Origin: an uncultured Bacteroides sp.
GTDB taxonomy: Bacteria > Bacteroidota > Bacteroidia > Bacteroidales > UBA932
Direction of reading: 5' to 3'
Assembly: GCA_902472425.1 (NCBI GenBank)
Contig: CABRNS010000003.1
Span: 42,131-106,130 of the forward strand
DNA: 64,000 nucleotides
The notes under the pieces were generated by a model. That model made no database searches. It saw nothing but the letters and a program-made list of their open reading frames with translations, and was not told the origin of the DNA. How positions within the stretch are numbered: position 1 is the stretch's first letter; the number at the start of each line of letters is the position of its first letter. This document shows positions 49,957-59,136 of the stretch, piece after piece. The translations under genes and the position numbers were made by a program.

Positions 49957-50726
49957 TATACGAGCCCTCCTTCCGATGATTTCTTGTCGCTACCTTGAAG
50001 GAAGCTTGTCAAACCTATGATTACCAGCATAATAAGCGCAAGAGCGGCGCCGTAATTCCACATGGAGGAGTTGATGTTCTCCTGAATTATCGTACCGAAG
50101 AGCTTGATTTTGTTGTTGGTGAGGAATTCCGAGATGGCAAACGTGCTCACTGTCGGCATGAATACCATGAGCACCCCGCTGGCAACGCCCGGCATGGATA
50201 GAGGGACAATGACCTTCCAGAACACTTTCCACGGAGTGGCTCCGAGGTCCTGGGCCGCCTCCGCGTAGGATTTGTCCATTTTGTCGAGCACGTTGTAGAT
50301 AGGGTAAATCATGAAGGGCAGGTAGTCATATACCATTCCGTACAAAAGAGTCCCTTTTCCAAGATGTATTCCGAGCACGTTGAAAAGTTCTGCCGTGGCA
50401 AGCGTTCTCATAAGTGCGTTTATCCACATAGGCATTATGAAAAGCACTATGGTTACTGCGCTGCGGTTGTATTCCTTGTTTGACAGGATCCATGCCGCCG
50501 GGTAGCCGATCAGTATGCACAGCAGAGTGGTCTCTATGGCTATCTCTATGGACACGGCAAACGTGCTGAGCGCATCCGAGTCAGTGAAGAACTTGGTGAC
50601 GTTGCTCAGGGTGAAGTGTCCGGAGCCGTCCTGAAGCGCATATACCAGCACCAGCAGCAGCGGCAGCACCACGAAAAACACCAAAAAGATGAAATAGGGT
50701 AATGCCCATGAGCTTCTTTTAGTCAT
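49956..50726 (-). CDS. potB: spermidine/putrescine ABC transporter permease PotB
   Basis: 256 aa, 6 TM, EAA loop ([21 protein letters not shown]). Confidence 0.85.
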   Translation of the reverse strand: MTKRSSWALPYFIFLVFFVVLPLLLVLVYALQDGSGHFTLSNVTKFFTDSDALSTFAVSIEIAIETTLLCILIGYPAAWILSNKEYNRSAVTIVLFIMPMWINALMRTLATAELFNVLGIHLGKGTLLYGMVYDYLPFMIYPIYNVLDKMDKSYAEAAQDLGATPWKVFWKVIVPLSMPGVASGVLMVFMPTVSTFAISEFLTNNKIKLFGTIIQENINSSMWNYGAALALIMLVIIGLTSFLQGSDKKSSEGGLV

Positions 50727-52107
50727 TTGTGTTGCAGAGCTTTATGTCCTTAGGTGCGAAATTGATACCTACAAGGTCTCCCTTGTCCCAGATGTCGTTG
50801 GTGTCCACCCAGATATGGTCTCCTTCATCCGTGAGGATGGTAAGGTGGTAGTGGTCACCTTTATACAGAAGAAAATGCACTTCTCCCCAGAGCTTTCCGT
50901 CCTCCTGATGGTCCGTGAGTTCCACCTTGCCGAAATCCACCCGCACGCTCACCTTGTCACCTGCGTTGAATTTGGTCTGAGGCTTGCACTCGAAGTCCTC
51001 TCCGAGGAAACGTACATGGCTTTCGTCAATGATTTCTCCTTCAAAGGTATTGAAACTGCGTTCCTTGCGCATTACCTGGATATCATTAGGCCGGATAATC
51101 AATCCTACCTCGGATCCCGGTTCGAAGGCATTGTAGTCCTGGATCATCAGTTCATATCCGGTGTCCGTATCCACGAACATTTCGTAGTGGACGCCTTTGA
51201 ACGTGCAGGACTTGACATTGGCGGTGAACTGAGCGCCCTCCGTATGGTTCATGATATAGATGTCTTCCGGACGTACGACTACATCCACATCGACATTCTC
51301 TCCGAATCCGTCGTCCACGCAGTCGAATTCGTGACCTGCAAACTCCACCTTGCGGTCACATATCATGCGGCCGTTGAGGATGTTGGATTCTCCGATGAAA
51401 TCTGCAACGAACGAATTCTGCGGCTCGTTGTATATGTCCGTCGGAGTGCCGATCTGCTGGATTTTTCCTTCATTCATCACGACGATGGTGTCGGACAGCG
51501 TGAGGGCTTCTTCCTGGTCATGAGTGACATATATAAAGGTGATACCCAATTTCCTGTGCATCTCCTTCAATTCAATCTGCATGTCCTTGCGCATCTTCAG
51601 GTCAAGAGCCGCGAGCGGTTCGTCCAGAAGAAGAATCTGCGGCTGGTTGACAAGGGCTCTCGCTATGGCGACTCTCTGCTGCTGTCCGCCGGACAGAGAT
51701 TCCACGTCACGGTCCTCGTAATCGGTCATGCTGACCATTTTGAGGACTTTGCGGACTTTCTTGTCTATCTCGTCCACAGGGGTTTTCTGTAGTTTGAGAC
51801 CGAATGCTATGTTGTCATATACATCCAGATGCGGAAACAGAGCGTATCTCTGAAAGACTGTGTTGAACGGTCTTTTGTATGGCGGAAGAGACGCTATGTC
51901 CTTGCCTTCAAGCATCACGGAGCCGCTGTCCGGAGAAAGAAATCCGGCGAGTATTCTGAGCGTGGTGGTTTTGCCGCAGCCCGAAGGTCCGAGAAGCGTC
52001 ACAAATTCCCCTTTGCGTATATCAAGGCTGATATCGTCAAGAATGGTTTTGTCTCCTAATGTTTTGCTGACATTCTTCAGCGAAAGAATAATGTTTGATC
52101 GAACCAT
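50719..52107 (-). CDS. potA: spermidine/putrescine ABC transporter ATPase PotA (long C-terminal extension)
   Basis: Walker [25 protein letters not shown], Walker B LLLDEP; about 90 aa beyond the usual PotA TOBE region. Confidence 0.85.
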   Translation of the reverse strand: MVRSNIILSLKNVSKTLGDKTILDDISLDIRKGEFVTLLGPSGCGKTTTLRILAGFLSPDSGSVMLEGKDIASLPPYKRPFNTVFQRYALFPHLDVYDNIAFGLKLQKTPVDEIDKKVRKVLKMVSMTDYEDRDVESLSGGQQQRVAIARALVNQPQILLLDEPLAALDLKMRKDMQIELKEMHRKLGITFIYVTHDQEEALTLSDTIVVMNEGKIQQIGTPTDIYNEPQNSFVADFIGESNILNGRMICDRKVEFAGHEFDCVDDGFGENVDVDVVVRPEDIYIMNHTEGAQFTANVKSCTFKGVHYEMFVDTDTGYELMIQDYNAFEPGSEVGLIIRPNDIQVMRKERSFNTFEGEIIDESHVRFLGEDFECKPQTKFNAGDKVSVRVDFGKVELTDHQEDGKLWGEVHFLLYKGDHYHLTILTDEGDHIWVDTNDIWDKGDLVGINFAPKDIKLCNTND

Positions 52108-52110
52108 TTC

Positions 52111-53124
52111 CTACCAAAGTTTGAAGCTGAATTCGTATTTGGCGCCTATCATAAGGCTTATGCTGTCTGAAAGTGAGTCATATCCCGCGGTGGCATGCAG
52201 GCGAAGAGCCTTTGAGTCTGCCAGAGGATAGAACTGTGCTACTGCGGCTGCTTTGTAGTTGGCCGGAAGAAGTCCGTTCTTGTCTGCGCTCATGTATGCG
52301 GAGTGCAGGGCAATGTCAAATTTCTCACTTGGTGCGTACTGGACGCGGGCCTGGTATGTGTTGCCTGGAGCTATGCTCCAATCGCTTTCGGTGTAGAATC
52401 CGACATTGTTGAAATAGTCGAATGTGAGGGTCCAATTGCCCAGATAGAACTGGGTTCCGAGAGTAATGACGTTCTCAAAACGGTTTTTCTCCCGCTCTAT
52501 CGCAGAGTAACTCCAAATGGTGGCGAAGTAGTCATATTCGGCTCTCCACTGTGCGGAATAACTCCATAATTTGCTGCTGAAAGGGTGTTCTCCAAAAGGG
52601 GAAGAGACCATCTGGAGGCTGAATGTGTTGGTCTCGGAAGGAATGGTGTAACTCAGTTTGGCTCCCCACTGATAGCATGAAAGACCGTCAAAATAAGGGG
52701 ATGAAGCTGCTGAATAGACGTCCCAGTCCCAGTTGTCGAGTTCAAATCCTCCGGTGCTGATGAAGTCCTTGCCGAGAGTCAGAGTCCAGTTGCCGAATGA
52801 AATGTCTGCATAGCAATAATTCAGCCAGTTGACATCGTCCGACCGTCCCAGATTCTGGTAAGGCCACTTGATTCCGTCGGAACTTACCCATTGGTTGCAT
52901 ACGAACCACGAGAAATGCTCTGACGCGGAACCTTCGAATGTTGTACAGAATAATGAATTGCCAAAGTCGAAACCCACTTCGGAATCGCCGAAATAGTAAG
53001 ATGGTTTCAAATCAAGGCGCGAAATAAGCTTAACCTCGGCGTAACTACCGAGATTGTCAGCCTCTTGCGAGTGCGCAAAAGAGCAGAGCAGCAATGCTGC
53101 AATCGAAATAAGTAGTTTCTTCAT
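52111..53124 (-). CDS. outer-membrane beta-barrel porin, first gene of the pot operon
   Basis: 337 aa, signal peptide, alternating aromatic/hydrophilic beta-strand pattern, C-terminal ...FKLW (terminal aromatic). Confidence 0.65.
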   Translation of the reverse strand: MKKLLISIAALLLCSFAHSQEADNLGSYAEVKLISRLDLKPSYYFGDSEVGFDFGNSLFCTTFEGSASEHFSWFVCNQWVSSDGIKWPYQNLGRSDDVNWLNYCYADISFGNWTLTLGKDFISTGGFELDNWDWDVYSAASSPYFDGLSCYQWGAKLSYTIPSETNTFSLQMVSSPFGEHPFSSKLWSYSAQWRAEYDYFATIWSYSAIEREKNRFENVITLGTQFYLGNWTLTFDYFNNVGFYTESDWSIAPGNTYQARVQYAPSEKFDIALHSAYMSADKNGLLPANYKAAAVAQFYPLADSKALRLHATAGYDSLSDSISLMIGAKYEFSFKLW

Positions 53125-53219
53125 TTTTTAACATAAAAACTAGTTTAGTTAAACTTGGGCGCGAAGATACAAAAAAAAGAATTTTAATTATTATTTTTTG
53201 TGTGTAATTTTGTGATACT

Positions 53220-54419
53220 ATGTACGATTTTGATCAATTGATAGACAGGCGGGGGACCGCTTGCGTCAAGTACGATTCTCTGGAGGAGCACTTCGGCCGG
53301 AGTGACTTGTATTCAATGTGGGTGGCGGATATGGATTTCAAGACCCCTGATTTTATCTTAAATGCTCTGCGTGAGCGTCTTGAACATCCTGTTTTGGGCT
53401 ATTCCCTCAATGGAAAAGACTTTTTCCCTATCATTTCATCATGGGTGGAGCATCTTCATGGATGGCAGGTGCCGCCTGAAAATATATGCTACATCCCCGG
53501 TATTGTAAAAGGAATCGGACTTGCGCAGCGATGTTTTCTTTCTGAAGGAGACAAAGTGATAATCCAGCCTCCTGTATATCACCCGTTCAGAATCGTGACT
53601 CAGGCCTGCGGGTTTGAGGTTGTCAACAATCCTCTGATACCTATATATAATGAGGACGGGGCCCTGGAAACATACGAAATGGATCTTGACGGCCTGGAGT
53701 CCCTTATAGATGAAAGGACTAAAATGCTGGTGCTGTGCAATCCTCACAATCCGTGCGGCGTCTGCCACTCGAAAGAAAGCCTTCAGCGCCTTGCCAGGAT
53801 ATGTAATGAAAGGGGAGTGATTGTGGTTTCTGACGAGATTCACGCGGAGATGGTGCTGGGAGGCCGTCGTCATATTCCTTTCGCTTCGGTAAGCGAAGAT
53901 GCTGCCGAGTGCGCAATTACCTTCATGGCTCCGTCCAAGACATTCAATATAGCCGGAGTGGTCAGCTCTTATTGTATAATTGAGTCGGACAAGCTACGGG
54001 AGAAGTTTTTCGGATACCTTTCCGCCTGCGAGCTTGATGACCCGAGCCTTTTCTCAATAGTTGCTACGAAGGCTGCGTATTCTTCTCCGGAGTCCGATGT
54101 CTGGAGGCGCGAGATGCTTTCGTATGTGGAAGGGAATCTGGATTTTGTGTGCGACTGGTTCGCTTCCAATCTTCCGGAGATTCATCCTGTGCGTCCTCAG
54201 GCGTCATTTTTGGTGTGGCTTGATTGCAGAAAGCTCGGATTGAGTCAGGAAAAGCTGACGGATCTTTTCGTGAATTATGCGCATCTTGCTCTGAATGACG
54301 GCGCTATGTTCGGAGAAGAAGGGACGGGATACATGAGACTCAATGTGGCATGTCCTCGCAAGGTGTTGTCTTCCGCACTGCGCAATCTCAAGGCGGCGGT
54401 AAATATTTTAAAAATATAG
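53220..54419 (+). CDS. patB: PLP-dependent C-S lyase (MalY/PatB-type cystathionine beta-lyase; aminotransferase class I/II fold)
   Basis: 399 aa; MADMDFKTPDFILNAL, SPSKTFNIAG (PLP-lysine), fold-type I. Confidence 0.8.
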   Translation: MYDFDQLIDRRGTACVKYDSLEEHFGRSDLYSMWVADMDFKTPDFILNALRERLEHPVLGYSLNGKDFFPIISSWVEHLHGWQVPPENICYIPGIVKGIGLAQRCFLSEGDKVIIQPPVYHPFRIVTQACGFEVVNNPLIPIYNEDGALETYEMDLDGLESLIDERTKMLVLCNPHNPCGVCHSKESLQRLARICNERGVIVVSDEIHAEMVLGGRRHIPFASVSEDAAECAITFMAPSKTFNIAGVVSSYCIIESDKLREKFFGYLSACELDDPSLFSIVATKAAYSSPESDVWRREMLSYVEGNLDFVCDWFASNLPEIHPVRPQASFLVWLDCRKLGLSQEKLTDLFVNYAHLALNDGAMFGEEGTGYMRLNVACPRKVLSSALRNLKAAVNILKI

Positions 54420-54483
54420 CAAAATAAATTTGCAGGATAAAAAATAATCACTACCTTTGCAATCCCGTTTGGGGACAACAATT

Positions 54484-54556
54484 GGTGCTGTAGCTCAGGT
54501 GGTAGAGCAATGGACTGAAAATCCATGTGTCGCCGGTTCAACTCCTGCCAGCACCA
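54484..54556 (+). tRNA. tRNA-Phe (anticodon GAA)
   Basis: GGTGCTGTAGCTCAGGTGGTAGAGCAATGGACTGAAAATCCATGTGTCGCCGGTTCAACTCCTGCCAGCACCA; anticodon loop CTGAAAA; one C-U mismatch in the T stem. Confidence 0.85.
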
Positions 54557-54562
54557 CATTAG

Positions 54563-54589
54563 GCCCGCTGTTTTTCAGCGGGCTTTTTT
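54563..54589 (+). terminator. intrinsic terminator after tRNA-Phe
   Basis: Perfect 8-bp stem GCCCGCTG/CAGCGGGC, 5-nt loop, then TTTTTT. Confidence 0.8.
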
Positions 54590-54648
54590 GTTTCCACTTT
54601 TAGGTACGGCCGTTTTCAAGTGAATGTAGGCCTTTCTCGAACACCCCA

Positions 54649-55749
54649 TTACTGACCAAAAATGTCAATCATATCGTAATTTGTGCTTCGCCCGCCTTCG
54701 TCGTTTTTGCGAAGGATGCCTTTTTTGACAAGGTCTTTAATATCGTTTAGCGCCGTATCCGTTGAGCATTTTCCAATCTTGGCCCACTTGCCGGAAGTGA
54801 GTTTGCCGAAGAAGCCGTCGAATTGCATATTGATGATTTTTCGCTGGCGATTGTTCACTGCCAGGTCGCGGTGGTTCTCCCAGAAACGGGCTTTGGCGAG
54901 GACGGAGGCGAGCGTCTCTTCCGTGGAGGATAGAGCCCGGTCGAAGCAGTCCAGAAACCAGAGGAGCCAGGCGGTGATGTCGCCGTCGCCCTTCTGAGTT
55001 TTCTCAAGTACGTCGTAGTACTCCTTCTGCAGGATCTTTATCTCGTTGGACATACTGTAGAAGCGTTTGGCGGAATGCTCACTGCGGGCCAGTAGCATAT
55101 CTGTGATGGCGCGTGTGATACGGCCATTGCCATCGTCGAATGGGTGTATGGAGACGAACCAGAGGTGGGCGATGCCGGCTTTGAGTACGGGGTCTATGCC
55201 GTTATCAGCATTTGCCCAGTCGATGAAGCGGTGCATCTCTTCTGCCACGCGCTCTGGCTTGGGAGCCTCGTAGTGGACTTTTTCGTGGCCCATCGGCCCG
55301 GAGACTACCTGCATTTCTCCGGTGCGGTATTTAGCAACTTCTATGGCGTATAAGCCACTGAGACCCGTTGGGAACAGGACATTGTGCCAGCCGAAGAGGC
55401 GATCGTCGGAAAGGGGCTGGTCGTAGTGCTGCGTGGCGTCCAGGAGCATCTCAACGATACCCTCAACATAGCGTGATGCAGGCACCAGACCGGCAGTATT
55501 GATACCAAGACGGCGGGCTATGGAGGAGCGGACTTCCGTGAGATTGAGGACTTCGCCTTCTATCTCGCAGGAACGTACGAGTTCCATGGACATGGTGGTG
55601 AGTATGGCTTCGTCCTGGAAGTCGAAGCCGAGGGACAGCATTCGGCCCAGCATGAGGCCTTGTTTTGCTCTTACGGGGCCGAGTTTGTTCATCACGGCCT
55701 CTTTGTCATAGCGGAATTCCCACCAGTTATTTCTTTGATGCAGGTACAT
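54649..55749 (-). CDS. Fic-family protein (class II, with Fic_N inhibitory helix)
   Basis: HPFDDGNGRITR (HPFx[DE]GNGR) active-site motif; N-terminal SCEIEGE matches the [ST]xxxE[GN] auto-inhibitory helix. Start at MYLHQRNNWWEFRYD. Confidence 0.8.
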   Translation of the reverse strand: MYLHQRNNWWEFRYDKEAVMNKLGPVRAKQGLMLGRMLSLGFDFQDEAILTTMSMELVRSCEIEGEVLNLTEVRSSIARRLGINTAGLVPASRYVEGIVEMLLDATQHYDQPLSDDRLFGWHNVLFPTGLSGLYAIEVAKYRTGEMQVVSGPMGHEKVHYEAPKPERVAEEMHRFIDWANADNGIDPVLKAGIAHLWFVSIHPFDDGNGRITRAITDMLLARSEHSAKRFYSMSNEIKILQKEYYDVLEKTQKGDGDITAWLLWFLDCFDRALSSTEETLASVLAKARFWENHRDLAVNNRQRKIINMQFDGFFGKLTSGKWAKIGKCSTDTALNDIKDLVKKGILRKNDEGGRSTNYDMIDIFGQ

Positions 55750-55943
55750 ATCGTTTCTTTGTTTCGGTACAAATCTACTGTGTATTCGGCGAAAAAGCAA
55801 GATATTCACCGATAAAAGTTCGGTGAATGTTGGCTTTAATCCCCGAGTATTTCTTTTTGAACGCCTCTTCTGTCTTCTTGATGGCGTCCTTCTTGAGGGA
55901 GTGGAGTCCTCTCAGAGGCAAGCTGCTGCCGCAGCGGAACTTC

Positions 55944-55974
55944 ACAAAAAAGAGGCCGACCTTTTAGTCGACCT
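55944..55974 (-). terminator. intrinsic terminator after the GH54-family gene
   Basis: Minus-strand hairpin GAGGTCGAC-taaaag-GTCGGCCTC (one mismatch) followed by TTTTTTG. Confidence 0.65.
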
Positions 55975-55992
55975 CGTTATATTAAAAGGATT

Positions 55993-58900
55993 TTAATAAC
56001 AGTTAGGCGCTCTAGGCGTTGGTTTGTAGTCCAACATAGGATCTCCTGCCGAATGGCTCTTTGCAATAGGTGAGCCGAGTTTAAGAGTCCGATAAGGCGT
56101 GTGGATCACTCTGGTCCAACTTCCGAATTTCAAGGTGACTACCTCTTCTTTAAGTTCTCCGATGACAGCGACCTGTATTTCTTCTGCCTCTGCTCCGCGA
56201 CCAAGCGTGAAATGCTGCCCGATTCTGAGTCCATCGACATCCTTAATCACTATGGTGTCGCTTCCAGCATGAGCATCTTTTAGAAGGTTTGCTGTCTTCT
56301 GGATTCTGAAATCCTTGATATTGTCATCAGAATCTACTCCGTCAGGGTATCTTCCCGCACTGAGATTCGCGGATAACATCACAGGAGAATTAGGGTCTTC
56401 AAATCTTCTGTTCGGTGTCTTCTCCGGTACGGTAAGGTGCACATAGTTGCCGTATTCGTCAAGTCCAGACTGTCCATGGAAGCCTTCTGAAAGCATAGGA
56501 TTGACAACAGAACCCCAGTTTAAGGCATCTACCACGCGACCTTCATTGTCGTACAGCGTCATGTTTCCGCGAATGCCGAGTGTTGGACCTCCGAAATACT
56601 GGTCCGGCTCTATTTCATCTACATAGCCGGCAGTCTTCACGTTGCTGTTCATTATGACTTCCTCTATCTGATGATTGCGTTTGAGCGGCTCGGAAAGCAT
56701 AATCTCGTAGCAAAGAGCGAGTACGGGCTCGTTGGAGTAGTGATCATATTTCGTGGCTGGTGTGAAGCATATACCTGTTCCTCTGCTGCTGAACGGAATA
56801 TTGGCAGAATGGTCAAATTTGAGCGGCTCCTTTATCGTGAGTCCTGTTCCAGCCTCTTCAATGCTCATAGGACCTTGTGATGGAGAAATGCTTGACGCTG
56901 TACCGACGGCAGTGACTGTAACATACTCAATCCCATGACCTTCGCTATCGATATCAAGTCTAATGACGTCGCCCACTGAAATGTCGTCTACTGAAGACAC
57001 TTTTATATTCGTGTCTCCTTTTTTTGCATCATAGGCAAGCCATGCCTGAACTCCAGGCTTTCCTATTTCTGTCACAGTGACTACTTCGTATTCGGCTTTC
57101 TGAGCCGTAGGGGCAGGGAATTTGGCTCCATATCCTATAGCCAGTTTGTCTCCGACTTTGACTCCGGTCATGGATTCTACCGGAATATTGTTTGACCCGG
57201 CTGGAATCTTTATGACAGGGCCGTCCGGCAGAGGCTGCCAGATAGTTGTCGGCTTGCCCAATTCGTTTACTACTCTGCCATAGATAGGCGGCGTTGTAGC
57301 ATTTTCTTTGTCAGGGTTCTTGATGGATGTGATAGTGAGCCTTTCTGCCTTTGAGCCGCTTCCAATGACGATTTCGTCACCTACATTCATCCCTTCAGTG
57401 CTCCTTACGTATATGGTTTTGTCCCCTTTGGAAGCATTGACGGCAAGTCCTGACGTAGAGAGGCCTAAGAGATAGAAACTTCCCGGGGCCAGTTTTGTGC
57501 CCTTGTTGATGGTTATTGTATTAAATATAGGAAGAGTGGCTTCATGAACCACAAGTTCCCATCCGGAAATGTCAACAGGGTTCGCACTGGTGTTGTAGAG
57601 CTCAATGAAAGAGTTGGTGTGGTTGGTGCCATCACTTACTCTGAATTCATTGATACGAACATCCGGAACGTTTCTAACTTTCTGGACAGTGCTTTCGCTC
57701 TTCAACTCGCCATTGGAAGTCCACCTGGCAATGGCGACGAGATCTCCGTTGAATGATTTCTTTCCAGAAGTTACAGTGAACGGCACAACTACCGTTTGCC
57801 CTGGTAGTATTTCATAATTGATTCTTTTAACACTGTCGTCTGTACCCCTTACAAAGCTTTTCCATGATTTCGGCGCTTCGATATTTAGTTCCAAATCGGA
57901 TATGGAGGCTCCTGTAGTGTTGACAAATTTGACATTTACGGAGCCGTTGCGCATTGGAGAGAATGTCTGGAGTCCATTCGGCTCGGATGTCTTGTCTGAA
58001 GCACTGATGGAGAGTCGCTGCACGTCATATCTTGCTGCGACGATGTTGGCCTGAATAGCTTGGTTGGTCTCAGCGGTAGGGTATGTGCCCGGAGCAGTCA
58101 TCGCGCCTTCGTAGAAAGTACCGGACGAGTAGTTGTTGTTGTCTCCTCCGTTACCAAGTACGATGGCACCTTGCTTCCTCATTACGTCATAGCTGTGTCT
58201 CTCATTCTGGAGTCGTATCCCGTCGTAGAAAGTCTTGAGCTCGCCTTCTTGGGCATTGCCTCCCATAGTGCGCCAATGCATTGGTTTGCCGTCTGCCATG
58301 GCGGTCACAAAGCGCCAATTGATGCTCTCAAGAGTTTCGCAATACTTGTCGTTTGGGTCAGGATTGACGCATCCGATAAGATTGTTTTCCTGATCGGTCA
58401 TAATCCATGGCCCTGGGGCTTCCCCATGGAACCAGAGAGGTTGGTTGCCGTAATAGGTGGTTTCCATGGTACCGTCACCGTCATCACGTGAGTCTGTCTC
58501 GGCATTGCCGTAGTCGAAGCAACATCCAGAGTTATAATGATGCCCGTTGATTACCCAATACTGCCCTTCTGCCTGATCGTCAACGGCTACACCGTGTGTG
58601 TCGTTTTGCCTCAATCCCATGCCTGGTATGAAGTACACTCCATAAACTTTGTGACCGGACAGAGTTACAGGAGCCATGTCTGCAATCGGAAGTGTGTTGA
58701 ATCCTCCGAGTGCGGCGCCTATGAATGCTCCGCGTGGAGCTTGCTCAAGGTGATTGCCTTTACCGGACTGGTCGTATATAATGGTGATCCAGCATGTGGT
58801 TCCAGCACAGAACTTGTCCTGAGCCTCAGCATCGGCATAGCCCCCTGGGTCTAGTTCTGAAGGGGGCACTACTCCGATGTCAAGCGTTTTCCTGTCGGAT

Positions 58901-59136
58901 TCCCTCATCACTTGATATAGCGGACCATCATAAGATGCATAGAGAGCTCTTGTGGAACTGTGCGCAGCAACGCAGGGTGTTCCTGATTTGGCGTATATAT
59001 CACATGGACCCTCTGGTCTTGACTGAAGAGGCTTGTTGTCAGTTCCGATGGCCAGAGCGCTCAGCAGTGCTGCTGGAATTGCTATTGATGATATGAGGGA
59101 TACGGTAAATAATGTTTTCTTTGTCATAGATGCCAT
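55993..59136 (-). CDS. secreted multi-domain glycoside hydrolase: N-terminal GH54 (AbfB-type alpha-L-arabinofuranosidase) catalytic domain + beta-sandwich + lamin-tail-like domain(s) + four about 35-aa VGDxIxIGxG...E repeats
   Basis: Residues about 42-370 align closely with Aspergillus AbfB (GPCDIY..GTPCVAAHS.TRALY, FCAGTTC.ITIIYDQSG.GNHL.QAP, HYNSGCCFDYGNAET, GPWIMTDQENNL, GAIVLGNGGDNNNYSSGTFYEG). Residues about 494-565 are LTD-like (VRINEFRV...SFIELYN...ISGWEL...APGSFYLL); residues about 840-880 resemble an LTD C-terminal half. Confidence 0.8.
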   Translation of the reverse strand: MASMTKKTLFTVSLISSIAIPAALLSALAIGTDNKPLQSRPEGPCDIYAKSGTPCVAAHSSTRALYASYDGPLYQVMRESDRKTLDIGVVPPSELDPGGYADAEAQDKFCAGTTCWITIIYDQSGKGNHLEQAPRGAFIGAALGGFNTLPIADMAPVTLSGHKVYGVYFIPGMGLRQNDTHGVAVDDQAEGQYWVINGHHYNSGCCFDYGNAETDSRDDGDGTMETTYYGNQPLWFHGEAPGPWIMTDQENNLIGCVNPDPNDKYCETLESINWRFVTAMADGKPMHWRTMGGNAQEGELKTFYDGIRLQNERHSYDVMRKQGAIVLGNGGDNNNYSSGTFYEGAMTAPGTYPTAETNQAIQANIVAARYDVQRLSISASDKTSEPNGLQTFSPMRNGSVNVKFVNTTGASISDLELNIEAPKSWKSFVRGTDDSVKRINYEILPGQTVVVPFTVTSGKKSFNGDLVAIARWTSNGELKSESTVQKVRNVPDVRINEFRVSDGTNHTNSFIELYNTSANPVDISGWELVVHEATLPIFNTITINKGTKLAPGSFYLLGLSTSGLAVNASKGDKTIYVRSTEGMNVGDEIVIGSGSKAERLTITSIKNPDKENATTPPIYGRVVNELGKPTTIWQPLPDGPVIKIPAGSNNIPVESMTGVKVGDKLAIGYGAKFPAPTAQKAEYEVVTVTEIGKPGVQAWLAYDAKKGDTNIKVSSVDDISVGDVIRLDIDSEGHGIEYVTVTAVGTASSISPSQGPMSIEEAGTGLTIKEPLKFDHSANIPFSSRGTGICFTPATKYDHYSNEPVLALCYEIMLSEPLKRNHQIEEVIMNSNVKTAGYVDEIEPDQYFGGPTLGIRGNMTLYDNEGRVVDALNWGSVVNPMLSEGFHGQSGLDEYGNYVHLTVPEKTPNRRFEDPNSPVMLSANLSAGRYPDGVDSDDNIKDFRIQKTANLLKDAHAGSDTIVIKDVDGLRIGQHFTLGRGAEAEEIQVAVIGELKEEVVTLKFGSWTRVIHTPYRTLKLGSPIAKSHSAGDPMLDYKPTPRAPNCY

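Noticed and set aside
53205-53212. TAATTTTG motif upstream of patB as a -7 promoter box
   Set aside because: It is only 8 nt from the ATG, too close for the usual -7 position unless the mRNA is leaderless; left uncalled.
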